A stretch of DNA of 64,000 bases, from IMG/VR virus record IMGVR_UViG_3300021255_005217; one strand, written 5' to 3'. The notes beneath the pieces were generated by a model. The model searched no databases, was not told the DNA's origin, and worked only from the letters and a program-made list of their open reading frames with translations. Both the position numbers and the translations under genes were made by a program. The DNA comes from a virus. Numbering within the stretch: the stretch's first letter is position 1; the number at the start of each line of letters is the position of its first letter. Below are positions 16,974 through 27,142 of this stretch, piece after piece.

Positions 16974-18575
16974 ATGGTAGATATTTTAGAGTCATTAAAA
17001 ACAGCACAAAGATTAAAAGAAATAAACAATACAAGTGTTATTGACAAAAATCATAATTTACAAGATGGCTTTATAAAAGCAGCTAAGTCAAGCAATTGGA
17101 CACAACAAATGATTGATAAATTCGCAGAGTTAGTCAATCAACAAAAAGGTAAAAAAAATAATATTATAGACATTGCATTTTCTACTTTATTTAAAGACTT
17201 AGTCGCTCAACCACAGAATTATGGAATTAAACCTCTCACTGGTGAAAGCTTGAATATCGCGAATAGAGTTATAAAAAATCCATATACTGCTTCACAAGGC
17301 GTTAAGTCTGGTAAAAATAATGGTAGAACAAATCCATGGGAAGTTGTTATAAAAGTTGAGCCAGCTTCAACTGAATTAGCGCTTACTGCAGGAAATCAGC
17401 TGCAAACTACAAATGTTGAAAAAGCTCTTACAAATGTAGATAAAAATTCTATCCAAGAATATAATAGCGATGAAACAACTAATAAAGCAAGTAATATTGA
17501 TATAAATAAAGGACTCATCATTTGGCCATTAAATCCATTTTTGCCAAATTTACAAAAAACAGATGCTATTATCAATGAGCTAAAAAAGCCAATTTATCAA
17601 GGATGCACAATTATTACAACATCTATAAATAAAGGTGGTGATGGCCATTTTGACTTAAACAGCTATGTAGAGTGTCTTCATCATAGAAAGGGAACAGCAT
17701 TAATCAACCATTTCAATGAAAATGTTCCAACAATTACATCTTGGAAAACATTTGCAGTGCTTATTGCCCAAAAAATTAAAGAGACAATTGCTATTAAAAA
17801 TCTTAGAACATTTGCATTAAAAGAAGCGAATGAAGAAGGCGTTGAGACTGTTAGTCCTTCTGCTGGAGTTTCAAAATTTAACACAAGCTTGCATAATGCT
17901 AATATAGGCAAAGGTGTTATTACTATCTATTGTTCAACAGAAGTTTATAACCAACTTGGCCCAATTAAAGAAATGCTTTGGGAAAACAATAAAATTAAAA
18001 TTAGCCCTCAAATAGTAAAAGCATTCGATGACCCTGAACTTGGGCCTGCTGGAAAAGAGATCTTCAATACATTCTTGGAATATATAAATGGTAAAAAGAC
18101 TGGTTCAGCAGCTGCACAAGACACACAAGATACAAAAACTTCACAAAAGATAAATGAGTCTCATTTAAAAGAAGACATCGAAATAGACTGGTCTTGGGAA
18201 AGCATTAAGGCAAACTCAGGCGCGAAACAATATATTACAAGACTTTTTTCTGCTGTTGAAGCGATTAAAGATGGCCTCGATGATGGTGGTAATCCTTCTA
18301 TGGCTTCACGTGTGATGAAACAAGTTGTAACTGAAGTTGGAAAGGAATGGGGAGCAGCTCTTACTGATGGTGCAGACTTTATGATGCAAGGCATTGGTCT
18401 TGGTTGGATGATGCCTTTAATAAAAGCTGGCATTGATAAACGTAGAGAAGAAGCTGGTAAACATGAATATGAAGGTCTTGAAGCTTTAGTTAGAAGTACT
18501 GAATTCCAAGCAATTGCAAACAAATATTTTGGAAATCAACGTGACTTTATAGAAAGTGAGAGCGACAACAACTAA
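16974..18575 (+). CDS. hypothetical protein (533 aa)
   Basis: long ORF in + strand late-type block. Confidence 0.5.
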   Translation: MVDILESLKTAQRLKEINNTSVIDKNHNLQDGFIKAAKSSNWTQQMIDKFAELVNQQKGKKNNIIDIAFSTLFKDLVAQPQNYGIKPLTGESLNIANRVIKNPYTASQGVKSGKNNGRTNPWEVVIKVEPASTELALTAGNQLQTTNVEKALTNVDKNSIQEYNSDETTNKASNIDINKGLIIWPLNPFLPNLQKTDAIINELKKPIYQGCTIITTSINKGGDGHFDLNSYVECLHHRKGTALINHFNENVPTITSWKTFAVLIAQKIKETIAIKNLRTFALKEANEEGVETVSPSAGVSKFNTSLHNANIGKGVITIYCSTEVYNQLGPIKEMLWENNKIKISPQIVKAFDDPELGPAGKEIFNTFLEYINGKKTGSAAAQDTQDTKTSQKINESHLKEDIEIDWSWESIKANSGAKQYITRLFSAVEAIKDGLDDGGNPSMASRVMKQVVTEVGKEWGAALTDGADFMMQGIGLGWMMPLIKAGIDKRREEAGKHEYEGLEALVRSTEFQAIANKYFGNQRDFIESESDNN

Positions 18576-20439
18576 TTTTATTATGGAAGGTTTACTTTTT
18601 GAAGCTATTCTACGTGAACAATACACATTAAAAGATGAAAACTTAAAGAAAATTAAAAGAATTCTCGCACTTAAATTCCATACTGATAAAAAAGACGATA
18701 AAGAAGACTTATATATAAAATATTGTAGTAATGACAATAATTACAACATTAAGACTGATGATGACTATTATAAACTTTTAGTTAATGGCATTAAAAGTGA
18801 TTTGGGACAGTATTCTGAAGAGATTTCACCTTATTTAAAAGCATATGAAAAAGAGCATAGAAAAGAAGAGCAACCAAAATTAGACTCTAAGACTTTAAGA
18901 GAAATATTTTTAAGAAGCGAAGATAAACTTGGAAATTTTAAAACAACATTCTTCCAAGGACGCATATATAATTCTGTTGTTTTCGAAAATAATTCTAAAT
19001 GCTTTGTATTAAATGCAAATGATGCTTCTAGTGTTGTTTATTTTACATTTGTTAAAAGCAAAAAAGACCTTAATGCATATGATTTAAGAACAACACAGGG
19101 TAAAGAACTTCAACAAAAATTAGCTGAAGAATTAAATTTATTAAATACTAAAAAACAAGTTGTACTCACAGAAATAAATAATTCAATTGCACAACGAAGT
19201 AAAAATCCAATTTTTGAGCAATACAAAGACAGTGATGAGCCACGAGCTGTTATTGCCACAATCAATGAATGCTTAAAAGGAACTATGAGCATTTATAGAC
19301 TCAATGATAATTTTACTAAAGCACTTGCAAAAGCTGTTGGAACAACACTAGAAATTCAAAAAAATTATGCTCGACACCCTTATGCAGACCAGGTTGTCAA
19401 AGCAATGGAGGATAACATGACAGGAAACAAGTATATCAAAGTTGGCAACCAGGCCTACAAAGAAGCTTTCGAGTATTATAAGAAAGCTGCAATGTCAATC
19501 TTGAAAACACTTCGAGAAGCTGACGCTACAGTTTCACTTGCAGACCTTAAAGATGTAAGTGACAGCAAAATTAAAGATGGTGTAAACCTTGTTGATAGAA
19601 TTTACAAGACACCTTCTAACCAAAAATGGGAAAGCCGCGACTTTCTTGATGCTGTTCAAGCAGCACGTGAAGGTGACCAAACAGCTATTGGTTTCTTGAT
19701 GTACAAGCATGCTCCAATGATTATTAATACATATTGGCGCAATTTCTTGGGACCAAATCCAAAAATGAGAAAAGTTCGTATTGAAGAAGACGGCGGTTTG
19801 AAGTCTTCTATTCTCGGTTGGATTGGTATTTGTTTGAAAGCTCTTATTAAAGGTGGCGTTGACATCACAAAGAAAAATGGCAGTGAGCGCCATAAGTTCT
19901 CAACACTTGAAGGTTTTGATGAAAGTAAAGTAACTGGCAACCCTGAAAATGCATTTGCTTCTCACTTCAGATTGGATGTTATTGAGCAAGCAAAAGTTTA
20001 TAATACGATGAATGACTCAAATGGTGTTTCAAATGCTGATACTCCAGTCTCAATGACAGACCTTGAATTTGATAATGGCCGTGAAAGAACTGATGGTGAA
20101 GACGATGCTTTTGCTCGTGAAGGTCTTGAAGACTCAGTTCTTGATAAACTTTCAAAAGACGACTTCTTGAAAAACTGGTTTGACTATGCTCAAGATGAGA
20201 CTTTAAATGATGGCAAAAAATGCACTCCAGCTGCAGCTCTTTGGAAATTGCTCACTAATCCAGATGCTACAAACCTCAAAGCTGTTGCTGAAGAAATGGG
20301 TGTTTCTCGTGGTACATTTGAAACACTTGTTAAGAAAGCTATCAGCATCATGCCACAGTATGATATTGAATACAGTGACTTGATGAGCGCTTGTGACAGA
20401 TATGGTACGGCTAAGATTGCTTCGTATCTTGCCCACTAA
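18556..20439 (+). CDS. 627-aa protein with C-terminal sigma-70-family-like regions (region 2-like and region 4 HTH-like)
   Basis: AAREGDQTAIGFLMYKHAPMIINTYWRNF (region-2-like) and NLKAVAEEMGVSRGTFETLVKKAISIM (region 4.2 HTH-like). Confidence 0.35.
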   Translation: MRATTTNFIMEGLLFEAILREQYTLKDENLKKIKRILALKFHTDKKDDKEDLYIKYCSNDNNYNIKTDDDYYKLLVNGIKSDLGQYSEEISPYLKAYEKEHRKEEQPKLDSKTLREIFLRSEDKLGNFKTTFFQGRIYNSVVFENNSKCFVLNANDASSVVYFTFVKSKKDLNAYDLRTTQGKELQQKLAEELNLLNTKKQVVLTEINNSIAQRSKNPIFEQYKDSDEPRAVIATINECLKGTMSIYRLNDNFTKALAKAVGTTLEIQKNYARHPYADQVVKAMEDNMTGNKYIKVGNQAYKEAFEYYKKAAMSILKTLREADATVSLADLKDVSDSKIKDGVNLVDRIYKTPSNQKWESRDFLDAVQAAREGDQTAIGFLMYKHAPMIINTYWRNFLGPNPKMRKVRIEEDGGLKSSILGWIGICLKALIKGGVDITKKNGSERHKFSTLEGFDESKVTGNPENAFASHFRLDVIEQAKVYNTMNDSNGVSNADTPVSMTDLEFDNGRERTDGEDDAFAREGLEDSVLDKLSKDDFLKNWFDYAQDETLNDGKKCTPAAALWKLLTNPDATNLKAVAEEMGVSRGTFETLVKKAISIMPQYDIEYSDLMSACDRYGTAKIASYLAH

Positions 20440-21307
20440 CAAGTAAAGGTATTTCTTTCAATCGGAGAATACTGTTGCCCCATTGGTAGCAGTATTCTCT
20501 AATATATTTATCATTTTCATTATACAATTTCTGAAACTTTTTAGCATCTTCCATTGTGTCAAAATACATAATTCTTCTTTTAATCTTATCGCCTTTTTTC
20601 ACATATAAGTTCTGTCCAGTAGCGATAAATGCGCTTTCATCACCAGCTTCATAAATGTCTTCGTCTTGAATAAGTTCTTCATCACGTAAAACACGCATCT
20701 TAAAAAGTCTATTCACTATGAATGGCTTGTTTTCTGTGCAGTGGTCGACTTCAACAAATGTGTCTGCCCAAGTTTTTGTAGCTTCTGGCAAAAACATTTT
20801 TTTCAACATTTCTTTTTTAGAAATTTTAATCTTTCCAAATGTTGAAGCATTCTTATGCAATGCAAAACATCCAACACTTGTGAAGATATTAAATGTTTGT
20901 GACATTTTATAATTCAAAGACCAGCCAGCAATACAATTTGCAAAGTTCATAGCAATCGTTTTGATTGGCGCAATTACATAAACATCATCAGAATATAGAA
21001 AACATTTTTCAATAAACTCAACTGTGTACTTGTATGGCGGATTGACAACTACTGCATCAAATCTTTCGCCTGCATATTCTCTTTTTAAGAAGTCACATAT
21101 TTCTGAGCCAATTCCGTAGTCTTTTATATCATATGTTGTGTATGTATATTCTGGATTATTAAAATATTCAAGACCACCTTTTCCTGCGCATGGGTCTAAA
21201 ATTGTTTTTGGATTATTCTTTATAAGTTTATATAATTCATCACGTATCCATTCTTCTGTTGGATAGAATTCTTCTTTTCCTACACATCTTGCTTCATAAA
21301 TTGCCAT
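20411..21307 (-). CDS. DNA methyltransferase (amino-MTase, N6-adenine or N4-cytosine)
   Basis: motif I ILDPCAGKGG and motif IV VVVNPPYK. Confidence 0.7.
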   Translation of the reverse strand: MAIYEARCVGKEEFYPTEEWIRDELYKLIKNNPKTILDPCAGKGGLEYFNNPEYTYTTYDIKDYGIGSEICDFLKREYAGERFDAVVVNPPYKYTVEFIEKCFLYSDDVYVIAPIKTIAMNFANCIAGWSLNYKMSQTFNIFTSVGCFALHKNASTFGKIKISKKEMLKKMFLPEATKTWADTFVEVDHCTENKPFIVNRLFKMRVLRDEELIQDEDIYEAGDESAFIATGQNLYVKKGDKIKRRIMYFDTMEDAKKFQKLYNENDKYIREYCYQWGNSILRLKEIPLLVSGQDTKQS

Positions 21308-21375
21308 ATTATTATATTAATAACACAAATCATGTAATTGTAACATATGTTATGAAATTATAGTAGTATATATGT

Positions 21376-21438
21376 TATTATAATTTAAAATCTATAGGGT
21401 CACTTGCTTACCCTTTTAAAGATTATTTAAACAGGTAA
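21376..21438 (+). repeat. 63-bp conserved element, copy A (TATTATAATTTAAAATCTATAGGG-N-TTGCTTACCCTTTTAAAGATTATTTAAACAGGTAA)
   Basis: near-identical to reverse complement of 34528..34596; sits ~20 nt upstream of ORF 21459. Confidence 0.7.
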
Positions 21439-21458
21439 GCACTTAAACTAAATATTCG

Positions 21459-21719
21459 ATGATTGAAGCTGACTTGGGAAAGGTTATTACTTCTAGAAAG
21501 TATTCGTCAGGTACAGTCTACATATCAGACCTTACGAACAATATGTGGGCTGTAACAGTATTAGACAGGGACAATATAATTGTTTCATCCCGTTCTTTCG
21601 CTTTTTCAGATAAAACTGAAAAGAAAGTTTGGGAAAATTGCCGTTCGTATTATAAAAAAGTTAAAGAGTGTGTCTACCAAAAAAGACTAGACCTCATTGA
21701 CGCCTTGGAGGAATTATGA
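21459..21719 (+). CDS. hypothetical protein (86 aa)
   Basis: ORF overlapping start of MBL nuclease gene (ATGA). Confidence 0.4.
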   Translation: MIEADLGKVITSRKYSSGTVYISDLTNNMWAVTVLDRDNIIVSSRSFAFSDKTEKKVWENCRSYYKKVKECVYQKRLDLIDALEEL

Positions 21720-23107
21720 TTCAAACATATTCTATAGGAGCTTGTGAGGAAGTCACTGGCTCAAAACATATTCTTGAAATTGATGACAACCAATATATGA
21801 TTGATTGTGGCGCATGGCAGGGAACTGATGATGCGCAAGAACGAAACAAAAAGTTTACATTTCCAACTGAAAAATTACGTGCTGTTTTTCTAACACATGC
21901 TCACTTCGACCATTGTGGTCTACTTCCAAAATTGATAAAAGATGGCTATACTGGCTCAATTCGTTCAACGCCAGCAACGCGAGACTTAGCATCTATTGTA
22001 ATGTTCGACTCAGCACGAATACAAATGTACGAGCCTGCTGGAGCAGCTTATGATGAAAATGATGTAGTTGAGACTATAAATCATTTTAGATGCCATGCAT
22101 ATAAAAAAGAAAAGAAATTAGATGAAAAGTTGACTTATACGATGTATGATGCTGGTCATATTCTTGGTTCATCTATGCTTGACATTTCAACACCACGACA
22201 GAAAACTTTTCTTCAAAAACTTCTTCATAAAGAAGACGACAATATGCATATTTTATTTACTGGAGACTTAGGCCGTAAGTCTAACCCAATCACTAAAAAG
22301 CCTGCAACAAACATGCCTGCTCCAGACTATATTTTTCTTGAAAGCACATATGGAAATAAAACGCATGAGTCACTTGAGCATTGTTATGGCGAGTTGGAAG
22401 CTGTAATAAATAATACAATTAAAAGAAAGGGAAAAGTCATTATTCCATCTTTTGCTGTTGAACGTGCACAAGAATTGATTTATTATATCAAGCAATTGAT
22501 GTCATCTAAAAGAATTCCATATGTTCCAGTATATGTTGACAGCCCAATGGCGAGTAACGCCACTGGCGTTTTCAATATTCATCCAGAATGTCTAAATGAT
22601 AAAATTGTAAAAGAGTTTATCAGTAAAGGCAAAAATCCATTCAGTGTTCGTTCTCTTAAGTTTGTTCGAGATTGTAAGGAAAGTTTGGAGATTGCAAAGT
22701 CTAAAGAGCCAGCAATCATCATAGCTGCAAATGGTATGTGTGAAGCTGGCCGTATTATCAACCATTTGAAAGAAGGTGTGTCTAATCCTAAGAACACAAT
22801 TTTGGTTGTTGGCTATATGGGTGAAGGAACACTTGGACGTAAAATTCTTGACAAAGAAGAGACACTTACAATTGATAAGAAAGAATACAAACTGAAAGCT
22901 GAAGTTCATAAAATAAATGCATTTTCAGCTCATGCAGATTATGAAGAAATCTTAGAATGGCTTCATGAAATTGACACATCTAAACTAAAAAAGATTTTCT
23001 TAGTTCATGGTGATACAGACGCTCAAGAATTTTTACAAAATTTATTGAAGCAAGAAGGCATGTCTTGTGAGATTGTTAAAGAAGGCGAAGTTAGAAAATT
23101 GATTTAA
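21716..23107 (+). CDS. metallo-beta-lactamase / beta-CASP family ribonuclease (RNase J / CPSF-like)
   Basis: LTHAHFDHCG (HxHxDH), FTGDLGRKS, C-terminal His motif FLVHGD. Confidence 0.7.
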   Translation: MIQTYSIGACEEVTGSKHILEIDDNQYMIDCGAWQGTDDAQERNKKFTFPTEKLRAVFLTHAHFDHCGLLPKLIKDGYTGSIRSTPATRDLASIVMFDSARIQMYEPAGAAYDENDVVETINHFRCHAYKKEKKLDEKLTYTMYDAGHILGSSMLDISTPRQKTFLQKLLHKEDDNMHILFTGDLGRKSNPITKKPATNMPAPDYIFLESTYGNKTHESLEHCYGELEAVINNTIKRKGKVIIPSFAVERAQELIYYIKQLMSSKRIPYVPVYVDSPMASNATGVFNIHPECLNDKIVKEFISKGKNPFSVRSLKFVRDCKESLEIAKSKEPAIIIAANGMCEAGRIINHLKEGVSNPKNTILVVGYMGEGTLGRKILDKEETLTIDKKEYKLKAEVHKINAFSAHADYEEILEWLHEIDTSKLKKIFLVHGDTDAQEFLQNLLKQEGMSCEIVKEGEVRKLI

Positions 23108-23113
23108 ATTTAT

Positions 23114-23146
23114 AAATGGGAGCATAATGCTCCCATTTTTTATTTT
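23114..23146 (+). terminator. intrinsic terminator (aaatgggagca-taa-tgctcccatttttt)
   Basis: perfect 11-bp stem + T-tract after MBL nuclease gene. Confidence 0.75.
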
Positions 23147-23487
23147 TATTCGTCAAACTCTACAGTTTTTTCAAAGAGCTGCGGATATAATGTTGAAACA
23201 TCTTCATCCCAACCAGTTGGGCCATATTTCCAGCAACCCTGGCTGCCATTGTAATACATCATGTGGAGCTCACCTTTCTTTTTGCCATCAAGGAACTCAG
23301 CAATGATTGTATGCTCACCAGCAGTGAGATGGACAGCTTTTACGTCAACCTCGACATTTGTGAAGCCGTCTTCATTTTCTTCGTCGTAGTCAACAACTTC
23401 AATGACATATTTACCAGGTTTGTTCAAGTCTTCCTGATAGTCTTTTCCCCATTTTCCTCGAAATTTTTCACCTGTAAGATTCATCAT
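23146..23487 (-). CDS. hypothetical protein (113 aa)
   Basis: ORF. Confidence 0.4.
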   Translation of the reverse strand: MMNLTGEKFRGKWGKDYQEDLNKPGKYVIEVVDYDEENEDGFTNVEVDVKAVHLTAGEHTIIAEFLDGKKKGELHMMYYNGSQGCWKYGPTGWDEDVSTLYPQLFEKTVEFDE

Positions 23488-23522
23488 TTTATTCTCCTTG
23501 CTATTATTATTATTTGTTATTA

Positions 23523-23936
23523 TCAGTCAACTTTTGCAAACTTGATGATGCTGCTGCGAGCACATTTATATTTTGTTCCGTGAACTTCTACAACGAACGG
23601 ATATTTGCTGCATTTGCTGTTGTAGTCGACAACGAAACCAGAACCAAGGTTTGCAATCATAACTGGGTCGTTGAAAAGTCTTTCTGAAAGGTCTGGAACA
23701 TTCTTAAAGTTTGGATTGAACATTGCAACCGTCATTGCGGCTTTTGATTTTACTGCAGGTGAAAGAACCTTTGCTCCACCAGCTGTTTTCGGAGTTGCTT
23801 TTACAGCGAGCTTGATTTCATAGTCACCGTATGTAAGGTTTGAACGGTCAATTGTCATTCCGTGCTTTTCGAAGATTGCTTTCACTGCGTCCTGAAGCTC
23901 TTTGTTCATTTTTGCTGCTTCTGCTCTTGTCATCAT
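23523..23936 (-). CDS. hypothetical protein (137 aa)
   Basis: ORF preceded by promoter copy 3. Confidence 0.45.
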   Translation of the reverse strand: MMTRAEAAKMNKELQDAVKAIFEKHGMTIDRSNLTYGDYEIKLAVKATPKTAGGAKVLSPAVKSKAAMTVAMFNPNFKNVPDLSERLFNDPVMIANLGSGFVVDYNSKCSKYPFVVEVHGTKYKCARSSIIKFAKVD

Positions 23937-23963
23937 GTAGATTACCTCTCTTTAAGATTGTGA

Positions 23964-24008
23964 TTTACGAATATAATATATGAAAAACAAAGTATAAGTT
24001 CAAAAAAA
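23964..24008 (-). promoter_or_regulatory. conserved sigmaA-type promoter copy 3 (overlaps T-tract of upstream terminator)
   Basis: TTGAAC-N17-TATATT-ATATTCGTAAA. Confidence 0.5.
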
Positions 24009-24031
24009 AATACCGCTTTTTAGCGGTATTT
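24002..24031 (-). terminator. intrinsic terminator (ataccgct-tttta-gcggtat + 9 U on minus strand)
   Basis: hairpin + T-tract downstream of ORF 24037..24900. Confidence 0.65.
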
Positions 24032-24036
24032 TCTTA

Positions 24037-24900
24037 TTAAAAATGAATTGTAAAAACAAAAGTCGCAGTTCCAGCAACAGTACTAGCAGCTCCAATTCCT
24101 AAAAACAGATTTTTAATATTCTGCTGTTCATCTGTCCAAATTGGAAGTAGGCCAACAACTAAGCATGGAACTCCAATTCCAATCTCAACATGAGCTGCTG
24201 CTCGTAGTCGCTTTTTCATTCTTTCATAAAAAGCAATCTCTTCAGCTTGTTTTTCAGCTAGTAATTGACAAACTGAAAGTCTGAGCTTAATAGACTCAGT
24301 GTCATTGATTGCTTTTGCAATTTCTTCATTCAGGACTGAAATGTCTTCACTCTGGCTTTTTACCATTTTCAGAAGTATTCGCTTCAAATTCTCTTGTGCG
24401 GTCAGCAATCCGTTTAAGTGCTCGAGCTTCTTCGAGTATGACGTTCCATCCGTAATCGACTGCGTCAGATACTCCATTGAAAGAGTCATTGATAATTTTT
24501 GCATTTTCTGTTGCAGTATCAATTTCTCTTCGAACGTCATCGATAAAAACTCGCTGGACTTCATTTGAGTAGCATAGTTTTTCAATTCCTTGACTAACTG
24601 CATATCCAAGGTCTGCTGCTGATTGTCCTGTGCATCTTGCAATACCAAGTTCGTCCAATACTCTACTTGCGTCATCTCCTGAGAGTACGATTCCTTCGAC
24701 AAGCTGCTCGCTAGTTCCTGAAGCTCTTCCAAATCGTGTGTGTCTGTCTGTGAAAATACCCGCAAAGAACACAAGGACAATAATGCCAATGTAAATAAAA
24801 GTTTTTTTATTGATGTTAATTTGCACATTTTACCTCCATAGATAAAAATTGGGGCCATAAGCCCCAAATTATATTTAGAACTCTTTCTTAATTTCAGCAA
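24037..24900 (-). CDS. membrane-associated protein with signal/TM N-terminus, coiled-coil middle and C-terminal TM hairpin
   Basis: LLFTLALLSLCSLRVFS near N-terminus; C-terminal GIGVPCLVVGLLPIW...GIGAASTVAGTATFVFTI. Confidence 0.45.
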   Translation of the reverse strand: MLKLRKSSKYNLGLMAPIFIYGGKMCKLTSIKKLLFTLALLSLCSLRVFSQTDTHDLEELQELASSLSKESYSQEMTQVEYWTNLVLQDAQDNQQQTLDMQLVKELKNYATQMKSSEFLSMTFEEKLILQQKMQKLSMTLSMEYLTQSITDGTSYSKKLEHLNGLLTAQENLKRILLKMVKSQSEDISVLNEEIAKAINDTESIKLRLSVCQLLAEKQAEEIAFYERMKKRLRAAAHVEIGIGVPCLVVGLLPIWTDEQQNIKNLFLGIGAASTVAGTATFVFTIHF

Positions 24901-26110
24901 TCATACTGTCAATTTCTTCTATATCACATGAAGATAGGCATTCGAGCAAGTGATTAACTCCAGCAAATCCAAGTATTGACTCGATTGGTCTAAATTTTGG
25001 ATAGCATTCATAAAGCCAATGTCTTTCAAGTCCAAGAACATCAAATAAATTACTAAGCTTATTAACTTTGCCATATGACCTTATGAGCTTTTCAATATAT
25101 TTACATATGATATGGTCTTCACCAAGAGCTTTTTTGAAGATTACTGGAACTTCAAGATTTGGTGTAGACATATAGCTGTATTCAATATAATTCATAAGCC
25201 CCGTATTTACAACAGCAGCTCTAACGTCTTTTTTAAGAATATCAACATAGTCTTCAAAAAGTTTTGTATTTTCAGGAAGTCTATTTTTAACTTCTTCATA
25301 TGTTGAAGGACTCATCTTTACATAAGCATAATTAAATGGCAAACCAAGTTCATTGGCTCCTTGTTCAAGAACTCTAAAGGTATAGTCATCTTTATCACCA
25401 GCATGGTTCCAACCTTGAAGTTGATTTCCAACACTTACAAGAAGAGTTTTTCCTTCTGACATAGACTTTAATGTGCTCATGTCGATTTTTCTACCAGCAC
25501 TATTATAAATTCTTATTGATGCTTCTTTAAGAGAACTTTGGCGGCATTGAGCAAATGCATCCCAAATGTCCTGCGCGTACTCTTCATAAGATTGCTCAAA
25601 AAGGTAGTCTGCAACGGTGTCAGCATCTTCAACTGCTTCTGGATAAGGTTTTTGAGTTCCTCTTTTAATGCCAAACAAACGAGCTGCTTTAGAGCGAATT
25701 GTTCCATCATCTGAGTTTGTCATTACAAACTTTAAGATATTTGCGCATTCATAAACAGCATTAAAAACCTCATCTCCACAGTCAAATGTCTCATTCAACA
25801 AAGAATTAAGTTTTTCGAGCTCAGAGTCTGGAACTGTAATTTCTTCATTATTCTTTTCAAACTCATCTCTGATTTCATTATCTGCACAGAACATTTCTTC
25901 AATGGCTTCCCAGATATTATGACCGCGTCCCATTGTGCCCATATCTTTACAGTAAGTGTAGAATGCAGGCATTTCATCATCAGTGTTGTATGTGATGTCG
26001 AAGATGCCTGGGCCCCAAATCTCGCAACCTTCGATTGTAATCTCATTTCCGCCTTTTGTTTTGAGGGCAGACTTCATCTTAGATGCAAGTGTATGTTGGT
26101 TAATTGTCAT
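24875..26110 (-). CDS. hypothetical protein (411 aa)
   Basis: ORF. Confidence 0.5.
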   Translation of the reverse strand: MTINQHTLASKMKSALKTKGGNEITIEGCEIWGPGIFDITYNTDDEMPAFYTYCKDMGTMGRGHNIWEAIEEMFCADNEIRDEFEKNNEEITVPDSELEKLNSLLNETFDCGDEVFNAVYECANILKFVMTNSDDGTIRSKAARLFGIKRGTQKPYPEAVEDADTVADYLFEQSYEEYAQDIWDAFAQCRQSSLKEASIRIYNSAGRKIDMSTLKSMSEGKTLLVSVGNQLQGWNHAGDKDDYTFRVLEQGANELGLPFNYAYVKMSPSTYEEVKNRLPENTKLFEDYVDILKKDVRAAVVNTGLMNYIEYSYMSTPNLEVPVIFKKALGEDHIICKYIEKLIRSYGKVNKLSNLFDVLGLERHWLYECYPKFRPIESILGFAGVNHLLECLSSCDIEEIDSMIAEIKKEF

Positions 26111-26306
26111 TTACAATTTCTCCTTTATTAAAAATTAGTGAGAGTCAAAAAATAAATTAAACACATATAGCCAATTGTTTATTGAGCGTGGCTCGAGATT
26201 ATCCTTTCTTTTAGTAAGCCATTTTTTAAAGTCTTCAGTTTCATTTGTTGTCATACAGTTTGTTGAACAAAATTTATCAAAATCCATTTTCGTATTCCTT
26301 TATATA

Positions 26307-27083
26307 TTAACAACAAGCGGCTGCGCCAGCTGAAAAATAATGTGATACAGGTTTGATAATCTCTAAGAATTTTTCACGCTTAATATGCTCATCATTTCCT
26401 GAAACAGCAATATATTTTTTAAGATTGAAATCAAATTTGCCATATGTATTATCAATAATGTATTCATCAATAAGGTCTACATATTTGCCAACAGATTTTT
26501 CATCATATTGAAGCTTATTGAGGTCAATTTGTGAAACATCTTTTTTAAATGTAACACCTACAATTGTGATATAATGTCCGCCACCTCTTTTGAATGGGTC
26601 AACTGATGAAACAACTGGAAGCTTCTTTTTGAGAGACCACAAAACTTCCCATTCTACAAACTCATTATAAAAACGTGTTACTGGACGTGGTGAAAGTTCA
26701 GCAGGTTTATAGCCAATAAAAAGATTAACTGCATATGACATTACATCATGAACTTCATTTGGTGGATATGAGTCTTTACAAGAAACACGCCAATATTCTT
26801 TTCCTTCTTCTTTAGCAAGTGCTTCGCTCTCTTTCCTCCAGTTTTTATACATGTTGTTGTATTTTGTTTCATAATATTTGAGAACGTCTGGATTAGTTCT
26901 ACAAAAATATGTCAATTTGTCTTCAGGTTGAGCAAATTGCGGAAACATAGAATTGTCCCATTGCCAACCAGAATATTCAAGTGCCTGGATGAAGTTTGTA
27001 GGACCGCACACATCAGCAGAGCCAATTTCATTATTTCTCTGCGAGTAATTTTCATAGCCTTTAGAAACATTTAATTCTTTCAT
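26307..27083 (-). CDS. hypothetical protein, possible papain-like Cys/His peptidase fold
   Basis: candidate catalytic Cys in SADVCGPTNFIQAL and downstream His in GGGHYITIVG; weak. Confidence 0.3.
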   Translation of the reverse strand: MKELNVSKGYENYSQRNNEIGSADVCGPTNFIQALEYSGWQWDNSMFPQFAQPEDKLTYFCRTNPDVLKYYETKYNNMYKNWRKESEALAKEEGKEYWRVSCKDSYPPNEVHDVMSYAVNLFIGYKPAELSPRPVTRFYNEFVEWEVLWSLKKKLPVVSSVDPFKRGGGHYITIVGVTFKKDVSQIDLNKLQYDEKSVGKYVDLIDEYIIDNTYGKFDFNLKKYIAVSGNDEHIKREKFLEIIKPVSHYFSAGAAACC

Positions 27084-27101
27084 GTAGATTTAGTGATTAT
27101 T

Positions 27102-27131
27102 AAAAAAAGTGAGGCGCCGTAAAAGCGCCTC
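27102..27131 (-). terminator. intrinsic terminator (gaggcgc-cgtaaaa-gcgcctc + T-tract on minus)
   Basis: hairpin + 7 U downstream of ORF 27143..27475. Confidence 0.6.
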
Positions 27132-27142
27132 ATAATTAAAAC

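Noticed and set aside
24347-24826. 159-aa alternative-frame ORF inside gene 24037..24900
   Set aside because: Same strand, different frame, nested in a longer ORF with better start context. Likely non-coding.
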